A stretch of 64,000 bases of DNA from Octopus vulgaris (Eukaryota). The notes under the pieces were generated by a model that was not told where the DNA came from, did no database searches, and saw nothing but the letters and a program-made list of their open reading frames with translations. This document shows positions 1 to 14,599 of the stretch, piece by piece; positions within the stretch are counted from its first letter, which is position 1, and each line of letters begins with the position of its first letter. Both the position numbers and the translations under genes were made by a program. The stretch spans positions 78,492,001 to 78,556,000 of the forward strand of contig OX597826.1 of assembly GCA_951406725.2 (NCBI GenBank), in the 5' to 3' direction.

Positions 1-1812
1 CATCGGATTGGCTTTTAAGCTTGATATTAGGTTCTTCATAGAATAGAGTTAACTCTGCATCTTAAATCTACATTTTAAGGACCAATCAGAGGTAATCAAA
101 TCTATCACTTTAAAACCGCAAATACAGATGCATTGATTTCACTGATTATATTAACCAGGTCCCTGTTTCAATTTACCGAGAATTTTACTTAGTGATAACA
201 ATATGTGAAGGTTACTTTCCGACATCTCCAGTCTCTAACACTGATTCTATTGTCAGTTGACAATTGGAGGTTCTCACATCCGTTGCGTCCCTGATGTCCT
301 TGAAAAACAGGATGAATGTCACCGAAACCATTTGCTTCCTTTTCCTGGCAATGTAACAGCCGTTGTTTGCCTAATCGACAAGAAAATCAAACCTATATGA
401 TAACAATATTTTATCGAATAAATAGACACAGTTTTTGTGTCGTACAGTAGATTCAAGTAAGTATATAACGTAGCAAAACTATTTTTTATTGTTTTAAATC
501 GATATTTGTAATGCTTTATTTCTTTCTCCACTCCTCGCCATCTTCAATATGTTATTCAGTTTTATAGCGACGAGTATTTTATTTATAAATCATACAAGGA
601 AAATGTGTTTAAGCGCCTTCTTTGCTTTCTTTCTTTTTTTTTATTTTCCTTTTACAACGATTGCGTGATATGTTTTAGGTAGTATTATATCAAGTATGTA
701 TATACATATATATATGCAAGTATGTATGTATGTACATTCTTATCAACCTCATTTTTTTACTCTTCTGTTCGTTATATTTTTCCCTTATACAATATATGCA
801 ATATTTCTAAACTGCTTTTCTATTTATCAAAGACGTTTCTGTCACATATTAGCAATTTCCTTATCGTTAAGTGTGTCTAATATTTTAAATATACCTAGAT
901 TCTTCTTTCATTTCCTAACTGTGTCTTATTTTTTCTTCTTTGTTTTTCCTTCCATTTTTTTTTCTTCTTTCAGAACCACATTCCTTCAAACACGATGAGA
1001 GAAGAAACTAACAGACGCCATAGCAGTTATTTCTTTCCGTTCATTTTTTTAACAAATTATCCTCAAGGATGGGCGCTATTATTATTTTAGTAAAGCAAAT
1101 GGGTTTCAAAGTATAGACAGACGTCTAAAGTATTATTTTCTCCTACCTCGACCCTCAACTCTATATTCTGGTACTTTCATGCCCTTTGGGACTTATTCTC
1201 TGTGGTTTAGGTCTAAATCTTTATCGAATCACAACCATTCGTCCTTTTGAGATTTATTTTGGTTTCAGTAGAGCTAAACAGATGAGAGAAGAAAGTCTCT
1301 CTTGCGTTACACACAGAGCAATCGACAGAAAACCAGACTCCACGATAAAGTAAGACACCGAATCGCACGTCTGGACAACAAGCGTTCCACCATCAGTGGT
1401 CAGTGGTAGCGAAGATATAGCAGCGATAGGACATTCGACTTCCCAGGAATAGTAGTCACATCTCCCTCATACTACACGATGCTTTTCACAAAGAAAGACA
1501 AGACGGTCACGGTTAGAATGTATTTTAGTCTTAGTTCTGCTTTTTCAGAATTGACCTAGGGATGAAGAACAGACAAATAAATAACCTTGATGCTGTATTT
1601 TGACTGTTGAAAGTTTAGTGTTTTCTTCATACACACTCACACATACAAAGATCACACACACACACACACACACTCATGCAAAACACGCAAACACGCACAG
1701 GATGACGACTGTGTATCAGAGAATATGAACTCACCACCTCTTAGTCGTTTGTCATGCACATATTTTAGATCAGATTGACTGAATTTTAAATGACTCAATG
1801 TCGTGTTTGTTG

Positions 1813-1844
<32 letters not shown>

Positions 1845-2693
1845 GGTGGAGGTTAGCTCTGTTTCGACAGAAACGTGGCTATATGATCAAACGCGTTATA
1901 GCATTGTCGCTTTTCGAAGATGCTATGGTGTAGTTTGATAGAAATTTACCTGTTACTTCTTGTTGACCGAGCAACCGCATAGAACAAGATGATTGGAATC
2001 TTAAACTTTCATCTGCCTCTCTGCTGCCATTTGCAATGAGTGGATGGCAACAAAACCAGGAACGATGGTAAAATACTCTGGCGGCCGATTTCGATAGAAC
2101 AAAACAGCATAGCCATAGTTTTACATACTGTACGGCAATTTTCTTGACCGAAATATAGAAAAAAATATAGAAAAAAAAAACCATACAATTAATCTGAAAT
2201 AAGATTAAGATGAAACACGACATTCGTATAATGAAATATATAAATGATCGACTTATGGTTTCATACTTTACTCCGGTATACTGTGACAGCGGAGTACTTA
2301 CATGCACAAAATTACACATTTCCCACGACACTATAAAAATAAGGATATGATGAACAATCCTAAACAGGTTTTGTTTTTTCTTGTTTTTGTTCACACAATA
2401 TATTGGTAAAATAAGGATGCACCTTATACGCCGGCAAATTATTTTAACTTGACTTTATAATCAACTTTTCATAAATACTTCCGTTCGATATTTACGCACA
2501 GAACACGCACACGCGCACACACACAGAGGCATACTCATACATACATACATACATACATACATACATACACACATACATACACACATACATGCATACATAC
2601 ATACATACATACATACATACATACAGACATACATACATACATACATACATACACACATACATACATACATAAATACATACATACATACATACA

Positions 2694-2725
<32 letters not shown>

Positions 2726-2763
2726 CTCAAACACTGTCATGTGCATGTGTGTGTGTATATGTC

Positions 2764-3056
<293 letters not shown>

Positions 3057-4015
3057 TTTGTGTGTATAATTATCTACGTACGAAGTTGATGTTTGAAAGC
3101 GAGATAAATTCATCATTGAGAAATGAGAGTTATGGTAATAATTGAAATAAATATCTCGCGAAGACAACGGAAATACATTTTCGTGTAAGGTATGTTCGCT
3201 GAAAACTCGATAAACACGGAATCAATTCGTGTTTAGAGCAATAATTTCACGAAAAATGAAGGCGGTTAGAAAGACGGGACATTAAAAAAAAAACACAATC
3301 ATTTCATATATATTCACAAACGCTGATTAGATTTACAGGCAAAGAAACTGTAACAGAACGTTTGATGGTTTTTGCCTCCTTCCGTTACTCTATACGGTGA
3401 CAATCTCTATAACGAGTGTTCTGTTTCGTTTTTATTCGTTGATGAAGCGAATACTAGAAACAATTGCTTTTGCCCAAAGACGATTCATATGAGTATATAA
3501 TTTACATACATAACTACATATCTATATTTAAATATATATATATGTGCATGTACGTATGTCTGTGTGAGGGTTATTTTTGTGTACGTCTCTGCGTGAGTAT
3601 TTGTGTGTGTATGTGTGTGTGTGTACATATTCAAATGTGTTCAGTCATTTTCTTGGTACTATTCATTTCTTTCAGGTCGCCATGTTCCTTTTTGACGCGG
3701 TGGATGCGTCCGTGAATTGCATTCTAAAATGGTTATTTATAACAATTCTCTGTCTTCATGTCTTTTTATTCAACGTCATACGACCATGGCCATACGTTTG
3801 AATTTCCACCGATGGCTGTTACACTTTGTTTTTCTTAAGATCGATTGATATGCTAAAGGAGTTCGATATGTTAAGGGGCTTCTGTTATTTTGCTAGGACA
3901 GAAAGGAATTTGTGTGCCTCATAGATCCTTATCAGTTTTGGCAGGCATCAGAACGCATCAGCGAATATACTGTCTGCTGAGTTCTATAAACAATTTTCAT
4001 TGGCCTGAGTAGTTT

Positions 4016-4058
4016 AGACTGAGGAGACACACATTAAGGTCGAAACACAGCAGTATTT
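4016..4058 (+). ncRNA. Hammerhead-like motif in a decayed pLTR-like unit
   Basis: Reads aga CTGAGGA gac acacattaag gtc GAAAC acagca GTA ttt, followed by aataaagcgcatatt (compare aataaagcatatt after the 27242 hammerhead). Stems I and III are weak. Confidence 0.5.
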
Positions 4059-5060
4059 CCAAAATCTTTTTCAATCAATAAAGCGCATATTTTATGAAAA
4101 CACTTTCTCTGATGGCGGAAGAAAGCTCTACAATAACAAAAAGAACAGCAATCAAATATCCACGATCGGATTTATCAAAATGCATCGAGAATAAAAAGAC
4201 ATGTTAGAAAGTTTGCGTTTAAGTTTAAATTTATTTCATATTATATATTTTCTTCCACAATTCTTTAAACGTTTCTACACGATTGTGCTTCATCAGTAAA
4301 GACTGGCAAATAGAAAATTCATTATATTGTTTTAAAGTAAAATATTCAGATTATTGTCTTAATTCTAAATTACGAAAGGAAAATAAAGAAGAAAAAGTAA
4401 AAAACAAAGAGAAAGAAATATCACGTGGGAATTGCTTCATTATTCACACGGTACGAACTTCTCGTCTTTTTCCTTGGTTTTCGTTCCGTTATCATAGCAA
4501 AAGCGTTTCTGTTTAAAAGTGATTAATTAAAAGTAATTAAAAGTAATTAATGTTTAGTGTAAACCCTAAGGTGAAGATAAAAATCTGTTTACAGTTAATT
4601 ATTTTATATCGTGTATATACAAAGGTTTGTTTTATTATCTGTTGATGGGTTTCGACATGTGTATATATATATATATCACATAGGTATATTACCTGGACAG
4701 TTATCTTTGTATTATTCTTTAACGATGTGCATAAAGTAAAGACAATACAGATATGCACAAAAGATGGACTCGACCAGAGACTCTTATTCTTTCCTCCACC
4801 AAGCGGGAATTGTTCCATGAAAAAGATTTGAGGAGTATTTTCCAGCAGTCCTTCCAACGAATCATGATAACTTGTTACCATTTATTTCAACTACTAACAA
4901 CGAAGAACTATGATACAAGGAACTCCAATCCATACAATAACACAACTAGGACTTCATCGTTAATGCCGCCATCATAATAACAATGACATATCATTACCTA
5001 ACCACTCATGGAGAGTACACACGCGTAAAAATACTTACGGGAATGAAAACTTGTCTAGAC

Positions 5061-5333
5061 TAGTGCTTCTCAAACTATCTGATGTGGCGTACCGGCAGTC
5101 TTTTTTTTTCAATGTGCCAGGGACCTGTAATATTTCTTGGTAATATTTATTTATACCGGAAACAATATACACAATGAATATAATAAAAGTTGACATTTTT
5201 TTATCGTATATTTTAATTTATAAGCAAATAATACAATATTACATAAGCATTTTATAAGCATTTTATAATGTTTCTTTCTTTTCTGGAAACTCGCCGCGTA
5301 CCGGCAGCTGATGGCATCGTCGGCAGTGGTGGT
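5061..5333. mobile_element. Possible hAT (Charlie-like) MITE remnant
   Basis: Starts tagtgcttctcaaact (CAGTGCTTCTCAAACT-type TIR) and has a repeated gcgtaccggcag near both ends. The right TIR is missing. Confidence 0.4.
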
Positions 5334-5477
5334 AAAAGCAACAGAATATTTACACTATTTCCATTTTCTCTTTGTTCCTCTCTTAAAAGACAAAAAAATA
5401 TATCACATCAACGAGAAGTTTAATAGGTTTGGATGTGAAATTCTATGGCTGTATAGGCGTGTGTCTGCATACACACA

Positions 5478-5535
<58 letters not shown>

Positions 5536-5539
<4 letters not shown>

Positions 5540-5735
5540 GAATTTACAAAAAAAACGAAGACGGGTGTGTAAACAACATACAGATGTATTAATTTAACGC
5601 TCGGGAAGCGAAAAGATCTTTTACGTTTCGAGCCTACGTTCTTCAACAGAAAGTAACACAGAAATAAACAGAGAAAGAAAATAAAAAAAGGTTTAGTGGC
5701 TAGCGATCTATCATGGCGAATGCCGGACTAGTGAC
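5536..5735 (-). mobile_element. Short (TA)n-adjacent pLTR-like unit with a variant hammerhead-like motif (5619-5653)
   Basis: Minus strand reads cttt CTGTTGAA gaac gtag gctc GAAAC GTA aaag. Stem I cttt/aaag flanks the core exactly. Confidence 0.45.
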
Positions 5736-5767
5736 GTTGTGTGTTCGTGTTTTTGAAACGGTTTAAA

Positions 5768-5974
5768 ACTTGTTTCAGTCATTTGAATGCGGCCTTGCTA
5801 GAGCACTGCCGTTAATCGAACAAATAGACCCCAAGACTTGTTCTATCGCTCTCTAATGCCGAGCCGCTAAGTTACGGGGACATAAAACAATGACATCGGT
5901 TGCCAAGCGATGGTGGAGGAACACAGACACACAAATACATACATAGATACATAGATACATACATACATACAAGC

Positions 5975-6005
<31 letters not shown>

Positions 6006-6167
6006 CAACGGGTTTCTTTCAGTTTCCGTCTACCAAATTCACTCATAAGACTTTGGTCGGCCCGAGGCTATAATAGCAAACACTTGCCCAAGGTACCACG
6101 TAGTGGGACTGAACCCGGAAACGTAGTTTGGAAGTAAGCTTCTTACCACATAACCACGCCTGCGCCT
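5768..6167 (-). mobile_element. CORE-type SINE, full length with internal microsatellite
   Basis: Head, ccttgggcaagt core, internal (TA)/(TG) tract and 3' tail gactgaaacaag, all shared with the other copies. Confidence 0.8.
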
Positions 6168-6388
6168 GTGTATTTTTAACATGCTTCTCATGGAGATTCT
6201 GTGTGACACAGAATGAGAGAAGACTGGCCCCCTTTGAAATTACTGGTACTACTCATCTTTTGCCAGCTGAGTGGACCGGAACAACTTGGAGTGAAGTACC
6301 ATGTTCAATGTACTTAGAATCGTAAGACGAATTCCGGAACCAGAACTAAACTATGCGCCTTCGCTATTATGGCATAGAGGCGCATTAT

Positions 6389-6606
6389 TGAGTGGTTGTG
6401 TGGCTAAGATGATCTCTTTGCAAACACGCGGCTTAGGTTTCAATTCCACTGTGTGGAACCTTGGGCAAGAGTCTGTTACTATAGACCTACACCGATCAAT
6501 GCCTCGTGAATGAATTTGGCGGACGGAAACTGGAGGGAAGTCCGTCGTGTGTGTGTGTGTGTGTGTGTATGTGTGTGTGTGTGTGTGTGTTGTGTGCGTG
6601 TGCGTG

Positions 6607-6665
<59 letters not shown>

Positions 6666-6875
6666 TGTGCGTGTGCGATTGTGTTTGAGCTTGTCCTCGC
6701 TCCACAACCAGTTATGGCTTGTTCCGTTCCCGTAACTTAGTGGTTTGGCCAAAGATAGCGACAGAATACTAACAGACTTTAAGGAAAAAAAATCCTACTC
6801 TGTTCGATTTGTTCGACTAAACTATTCAAGGCTGTGCCCCAGCATGACCGGATGAGTGAAACAAGTAAAAGAAAA
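6389..6875 (+). mobile_element. CORE-type SINE, diverged, full length
   Basis: Same family; internal (GT)n. Confidence 0.75.
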
Positions 6876-7288
6876 GAAACGAAGAAAAAAGATTAATGTC
6901 TGTAATATGTCTGTAAAAAATGCAGACATACAGACGACGGTCAATGCGACGATCACACGCTACACACCTCCCTTCCAAGCACTGCTGTTAGCAGCGAAAT
7001 AGAGCTAGAACGTTAAAACTTAATGCGCATGCACAGCAGAGTTCAAGGTCAATCTGTGCCAAGCGGCTTCACTCTGCATGCTTTAGCTTCGTTACTATGA
7101 CAACAGTCCAGATATTTATTGATCAGATCATGTATATATTCATATGTGTTCATATATACATTCTTACATACATTCATACATAAATACATACATACATACA
7201 TGCTTATGCTCACACACAGTCATGTAGACAGACAGACAGACAGACATATATATGTGCAAGTATGCACACGCCCTTGTGTGTGTATGTT

Positions 7289-7320
<32 letters not shown>

Positions 7321-9409
7321 ACTATATGCCAGTTAATCCATCAACTTTAGCGAAATGTAACAATTAATCAAGAGCCGTCCCAGGTAATAGATTCCTGACT
7401 ACATACACATAAACTCGTGCACACACACACATATACATACATACGTAAACAATACATATATATACATACATACATACATGCATACATATATATGTATGTA
7501 TGTATGTATGTATGCATGTATGTATGTATTTACACAGACACACTCATGCGTAACCATTTCGATAGCTTCTGTTGTATTACGATATTTGAGATATCAGCAT
7601 ATCACCAACGTGTTACGTAACTTCTCACGTTAACAGAATAGGACGGCTTCCGGTTATAGGCAGATTTATCTTCTACTGCAATAATGTCGTATGACAGCTT
7701 CCGGTCGTTGGTTAGTGACATGGAAATGCGCGCTGTGTGGTTGCACATCAGAAACCCGTTCTCTTTCGAAATCACCGAATATTTTTACTCTTTTATCAAT
7801 ATTGCTTTTACGCATCAGCAAAATGGTTTTGCGCAAAGAATTTTTTTTTTACCGACTATTTCGTATTTGTGATGCAGTTTCGATCACAATTGACTCGATT
7901 TCTCTAAAGAAGCTCTGTTTTACGCAACTTTCACAACTGCATCTTTCGCACTCAATTTCTGCTTCCTTTTTCATTGGAAAATGACACAAATGAGGAATCA
8001 TTCTTCAGCTATGCCATAGTTTGTTCGGTTTGTTATGATTATTATAATACTTAATGTAAAGGTGGTGAGCTAGCGGTGGAGGCCTGTGGCTTAGTGGTTA
8101 GTGGGAAAGTAGAAATACATTTACTCGGTGTCAGGACGCGCACTAAAACTCCCATGAATGAAGGGCTCCTTGCTTTTGTTAGAGCATCTGTCCAGAAGAG
8201 GGACAGTTTGATGTAAAACCAGCGGTTTCTCGTGATCACTGGCCATATCCCTTCGGCCTGTCACTTTGTACTCATCTCAGAGGCCCAGGGAGTGGTACAC
8301 GTGTTGTCCAAGCGTTTATCACAATAATGCAGCGAGGTGTAGATATCTCTTTATACTGACCTCATTTCTTCTGAGAATCGAAAGCTGGAAATGGCGCGTT
8401 GCTGTGACAGCATCCGCAATTCTAACACCTAATTCATCCTGCTATCCTTCCATCACTTGAAAATACTGCTCCGAGATATTCAAACTTCTCAACTTGACTC
8501 AGTGATGTTCCATTACAATGCTAAGTGTACTTGGAAGACGTTCTTGACGGGACCAATGCCACAGTCCTCACAACACTTATTCTCTTCTCTGCCTTGGAGG
8601 CACTCATCTCTAAATATTACTAGAATGTCCAATTACCAACTTCTTTTATTACCACCGCCACCACCACTGGATAACAAAATTTTCTATTTTGCTGGTCAGA
8701 CTGCTTCGTTTTGTTATTAGTTATTTAGATTTTTTCTACTAGAGCGTCAGTTATGGAATAATACATAGGATAAAGATTTAGGGGATTTTAGTTGCTATAT
8801 CTAGAAAGTCGAGGAAGAATGCACAGAGGCTTTCTGCTCCCGGTTATCACCAAAAATATCAATATGAGGATAATGCTACTGATGCTGATGATGATGATGA
8901 CGATGACGATGATGATGAGGAGGAGGAGGAGAAGGCGGAGGAGGAGGAGGAGGATGGTGGTGGTGGTTGTTAATAAGAGAGACTCGATGAGGTGACTATT
9001 GTCTCAACATACATATATAATATACATATAAATACATGGATGTGTGTGCGTGCGTATGTGTGTATATGTGTGTGTGTATGTACACGCATGCATACATATA
9101 TATGTGCGTGTCTGTGCGCGTGTGGCTGATTTTGATAGTTGGGTCAATCAACTCGTGTATATTTAATGTCAAGAATTAAGATGTTAAAATCGAGTCTCCT
9201 GCGCTCGCGTGTCTCACGTAATTATCAACATCCCCCTCCTTCTTCCTCCCAACATTGCGTTTCCTGTCCAAATTATTCGCTATCACCGGACCATCTCTCT
9301 ATTTCTTTCTTTATCACTATCCTCTCTCTCTCACTATCTCTGCTCACTCTCTCTCCCTCTCTTTCTCTTGATCTATGTATGTATATACTTGTTGCATATG
9401 CGTGCACGA

Positions 9410-9440
<31 letters not shown>

Positions 9441-9513
9441 GACACACATACATACTTTCACACTAGTATTACTGCTTGCACATACACTCGCACTACCATG
9501 TGTATATGGACAC

Positions 9514-9930
<417 letters not shown>

Positions 9931-11461
9931 TGTTTCTTTATTAGCCACACAGGGCTGCACACAGATAGAACAAATTACAAGGTAGAGCTTTTCTTTTGAA
10001 GGTTTAAAAAAAAAATAAATAAATAAAAAAATTTAAAAAATAAAAATAAATAAAAAAAATAATAATAAAATAACAAATAAAATAAAATAAAAAAGGGGGG
10101 TCGATCAAAAGGGATCGTAAAAGGAGAGAAAGAGGACAAAAAAAGGGGGGTTAAAAAAAGGGGGAGAGGAAAAAAATTGATCAATAGGGATCGTTATCAC
10201 AGAAATGTCAATATGAAGTGTAAAGGGGAGGACAGGTGAGGTTTACCCGTGGAAAGAAAAGCCTACGGAAAAGACCACGGTAACCTCGGTCAATGAAGTC
10301 ACATGTTATATTTCTTTTTTTTTTTTTTAAATAAGCAACTCTCTGTATTAATTTTTACGGTTCATAGAATCATAGTCAAGGTGGCTTCGTCATTCATACG
10401 TGCCATCCTTGCTACATTCACCCATCTTTTTTTAAAACATTCACTAGACAAAACTTGCCTCTCTACTCTCACTTTTTCTTCAAGTGATACTTGAAGAAGT
10501 TGATGAGAGATTGACCAGAGAGGAAAGTGTTTGTCTCTAATCCTTTCAGACGCGTCCACCAGATACATTCTTTCGCCATAGCCACAAGTATGATAAAAAT
10601 AGCTCTTCCTTCCCGTTTGAAGGAAGGAGGCGTGACGATATTAACGATAGACTCGGCTGATAAACCGACACGTCCCACACGTGACAGCAGTCGTTCGACA
10701 TAAGCCCACAGGTGGGAAATTGCTGGACACTGCACGATTGCGTGCAGAGCGGTTTCGTCGCTCTGCCCGCATCTCGGGCAGGTCGGCCCCGTGTTTCTCG
10801 AGCCATGCCTATAGAGCTTATCCCGAACGGGTAGCGCTTCTCGGTAGCACCGCCAGGCCAGGGATCTCTGGAAGTTGTCCATAGGTCCCGGGCCGAAAGT
10901 CGTTTGAAACAGGCGGGTCAGGTATTCCTCGTCGACGCCCAGGTTTGCCCCGAGCTCGTCGTCGTACCTCCCCTCCACTAATCCCCTATAGAATGCTTTG
11001 GTTGTGTTGAAGTCACTCAAGGTCGACCCGGGACGGCAGAGTTGCTTGAGAGCAACGCGACACTCGCGGTGCCATTCGCCCTTCTTCGGCCTCTTTTTGA
11101 TCCACGACTGTAGTTCGGTCATGGAGACGAGTTGCGGGAATGCGTGCCTCACAAACGGCGACCACACCTGTTCACCGTCGTCTACATAGAGCCGGAGATG
11201 TCGCAGTCTCAGCGCGTGTCTGCGCATCATCAACCACGGCATGCCCAGCCCTCCTTTTAACGGGTGTTGACAGCAAATGGATCGCCTGACCATCGGGACG
11301 CATCCTTTCCACAAGAAGCGGAAGAGGATGCGTTCTAGTTTGGTGATGGTAGGGTCGGGACAAGGTACGACGGTCAGGCGGTAGTAGATGATGGACGCGA
11401 TGTACGCGTTCACCACCTCCGCCCGACCTTTTAGGGACAGTTTCCTCTCGGCCCATTGCTG
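9931..11461 (-). mobile_element. 5'-truncated Tx1/L1-clade non-LTR retrotransposon (RT C-terminus + zf-RVT, 3'UTR), copy 1
   Basis: The ORF 10469..11416 frame extends to ~11461 and reads QQWAERKLSLKGRAEVVNAYIASII...ILFRFLWKG...GGLGMP...CPRCGQSDETALHAIVQCP, typical of L1/Tx1 ORF2. A 1-nt shift in an A-run near 10470 continues the frame to the stop at 10362. The 3'UTR ends AATAAAgaaaca, followed by (TATC)n. Confidence 0.9.
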
Positions 11462-11493
11462 GATAGATAGATAGATAGATAGATAGATGGATA

Positions 11494-12055
11494 ACTTTCT
11501 TTATTGGCCACACACGGCTGAACGTTTGGGGAAAATACAAAATGTAGTTTTTTTCTTGGGGGGGGGGGGGCGAAAACAAACATAAATTAAAATGGAGACA
11601 ACGATCAAAAGGGATCGAAATTGTTTCTCGATATCACTGCCAAGCCTGGGGTCTCTGGAAGTTGTCCATATGTTCCGACTCGAAAGTCATCCTGAACAGG
11701 CGGGTCAGGTGTTCCTCGTCGACGCCCAGAATCTGCCCGAGAACGTCGTCGCCCCCCCCCCACTAATCCTCTATAGAACGCCTTTGTGGAGTTGAAGCAG
11801 CACAAGTTTCGTCCCGGACAACAGAGATGGTTGAGAGCAAGGCGGCACTCGCGGTGCCATTCGCCTAGCCTCGGTCTCTGTTTGATCCACGACTGTAGTT
11901 CGGCCAAGGAGACGAGGTGCGGGAAAGCGCGCCGCACAAACGGCAACGACACCTGTTCAACATCGGCTATGAAGCGTCGGAGATGTCGCAGTCCGAGCGC
12001 ATGTCTGAGCATCATCAACCACAGCATGCCTAGCGCTCCATTTAGCAGGTGTTGA
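11494..12055 (-). mobile_element. Second, diverged and internally deleted copy of the same Tx1/L1-clade LINE family
   Basis: 11625-12055 matches 10835-11270 (LGMLWLMMLRHALGLRHLRRF...LQSWIKQRP vs LGMPWLMMRRHALRLRHLRLY...LQSWIKKRP). The 3' end tttctttattggccacac matches 9933-9950. About 700 bp are missing between the 3'UTR motif gatcaaaagggatcg and the ORF. Confidence 0.85.
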
Positions 12056-12064
12056 TAGATAGAC

Positions 12065-12132
<68 letters not shown>

Positions 12133-12715
12133 TGATAGATAGATAAGGAAAAAGAAAAAATCATTGTTCAAAATAACAATATAGATATGTATGTGTGTGC
12201 GTGTGTGTTTATATATATTATATATGTATATGTGTGTGTGTGTGTGTGTGTATGTATGTACGTATGTATGTATGTATACACACACATGTGTATGTATGTA
12301 TGTATGTATGTATGTATGTATGTATGATGCATTCTGCCTCTCTCTCTCTCTCTCATTTAAGTGAAAACTGTACTCAATAAAATGAAGTAAAGTGTCATAT
12401 GATTCATTCAAGCCTGAAATCGCAAAAGTAGCCATCCAAAACTTCACGGTTCTGTTTGTCAGGCGATGTGTGGATTATTAGCGCGTAAAAATCCAATTAA
12501 AAAAAATTAACAGAAATTAACAGGAAAAGCAAGATATAAGCAATAATATTGAAAAACTTGAGAGAACGCAGCAAAGATGATTTGCAGAAGGAATGAAGAG
12601 TTCTGGTGAATTCTGTAGTGAGACATGACTGTAAAATGAAGACATGACTGTAAAACGGTTTAGTAGAATATTTTGTGTACACCTGCACGTGTATGAGATT
12701 CAAATAATGTAATGA

Positions 12716-13312
12716 TTATTTCAAATTTTGACTCGAGGCCAATAATTTTAGAGGGAGGGTGGTTAAACGATTACACCGAATCCAGTACTTGAATTGTACT
12801 TGCCTCATCAACCCCGAAACAGTCAACTTCGCCGCAATTCGAACTCAGAATGTAAAGCCTTAGAAACAAATGCCACAATACATGTTCACGGACAGCTTAA
12901 CGATTTTGCCAGCTTCACGTTTTTTATAATAGTTTCATATTTTGACACAAGGTCAGTAATTTTTCGGAGGGTGTGGGCTCATCGATTATATCGACCCCAA
13001 TACCCAACCCATATTTATTTTATCGACCCCAAAAGGGTAAAAGGCAGAGTCGGCCTCGTCGGAATTTGAACTCAGAACATGGCGACGGGCGAAATTCCTA
13101 TTTCTTTACTACCCACAAGGGGCTAAACACAGAGAGGACAAACAAGGACATACAAACGGATTAAGTCGATTATATCGACCCCAGTGCGTAACTAGTACTT
13201 AATTTATCGACCCCGAAAGGATGAAAGGCGGAATTTGAACTCAGAACGTAACGACAGACGAAATACCGCAAAGCATTTCGTCCGACGTGCTAACGTTTCT
13301 GCCAGCTCGCCG
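12716..13312 (-). mobile_element. Deu/Nin-core tRNA SINEs: one monomer (12716-12918) and one dimer (12930-13312)
   Basis: Minus strand has the head ggcgagctggcagaaacgttagc..gagttcaaattcc and the core ctttcatcctttcggggtcgataaa..aagtac. Confidence 0.8.
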
Positions 13313-13337
13313 GTTTAATGATAATAATAAAATAAAA

Positions 13338-13401
<64 letters not shown>

Positions 13402-13426
13402 TAATAATAATAATAATAATAATAAT

Positions 13427-13655
13427 GTGCAATAGGCATGATAAAAAATATTCAGACAAATACATAACAAAAACACCAGGACTTACAAACACATATAACA
13501 TACAGAAATTGCACTACTAGGCACTGCACACATCCTACGCAGAACACTTTCCATACAATAACCATCAGAGCATCACAACAAATCACAGCACGTACCTAAG
13601 GCACACAGAGCTGCGCTCGGTAGTGAAGTGAAAGCACGCTATAAAAATAAAACTA

Positions 13656-13658
<3 letters not shown>
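13427..13658 (+). mobile_element. 3' end of an R4/Dong-clade (RLE) non-LTR retrotransposon within (TAA)n
   Basis: Translates AIGMIKKYSDKYITKTPGLTNTYNIQK/IALLGTAHILRRTLSIQ* with one frameshift, matching the conserved R4/Dong C-terminus (IQK.ALLGTAHILR). A short 3'UTR follows. (TAA)n lies on both sides. Confidence 0.8.
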
Positions 13659-13705
<47 letters not shown>

Positions 13706-13706
<1 letters not shown>

Positions 13707-13799
13707 CATCAGAGCATCACAACAAATCACAGCACATACCCAAGGCACACAGAGCTGCGCTCGGTAGTGAAGTGAAAGCACGCTATAAAAATAAAACTA

Positions 13800-13802
<3 letters not shown>
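13706..13802 (+). mobile_element. Second, shorter copy (3'UTR only) of the Dong-like element within (TAA)n
   Basis: Near-identical to 13562-13658 and flanked by (TAA)n on both sides. Confidence 0.8.
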
Positions 13803-13877
<75 letters not shown>

Positions 13878-14300
13878 GATGACGAGGATGATGATGATGA
13901 TGGTGATGATATACATTACAATGAAGTTATGTTGTACTTATACATAATGTAAATGAAATAAAACGTAGTCAGGAGGTGGAAATGTGTAAAATGGGAAATA
14001 ATTTTATCTGAAAAACAAGAAAAAAATGGAAGTGAATAACAATAAGAATAAACATTAAAATTTAACAAGAAACAAAACACAGCCATGATGATTTATACAA
14101 TTTCAATAATATTAACCATATAATGCCACACACAACAGAAGATTGGCCTCAAGATCTTGTGTTGTCCAAGATGCACCCGATCCTTCTGATTCTACAATTA
14201 TCTCTTAAACTTGAGGACTCTATGAGCAATTCTCACGAGGAAAAAAGCTTCCACATTCGCTGACCGAAGTTCAAAACTCTACACTGCATATTCTAAGTGA

Positions 14301-14334
<34 letters not shown>

Positions 14335-14567
14335 CGTCGTCGTCGTCGTCGTGGCGATGACGACGGCGATGGTGATGAAGTTTAAAAGGGGAAAATCATA
14401 GCGCAAGGACAACAAACCAAATTGAAAGTAAAAAGGGTTATTTGGAAATATCCACGGTGAATGGTGTATGAAGAGGATGGAGGATGATGACAAAGGGGAG
14501 GCAGGTGAAGATGAGGATGAGGAGGAGGAGGAAGGAGGGGATGAAAAGTAGATGAGGGTTGTCGGGC

Positions 14568-14599
<32 letters not shown>

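Noticed and set aside
2405-2442. pogo/Tc1-like terminal motif (ccttatacgccggcaaat); also caccctgta at ~22138
   Set aside because: No matching opposite TIR was found, and the motifs are too short to call.
8100-8620. Possible old LINE fragment after a SINE head
   Set aside because: No convincing RT or endonuclease motif by eye.
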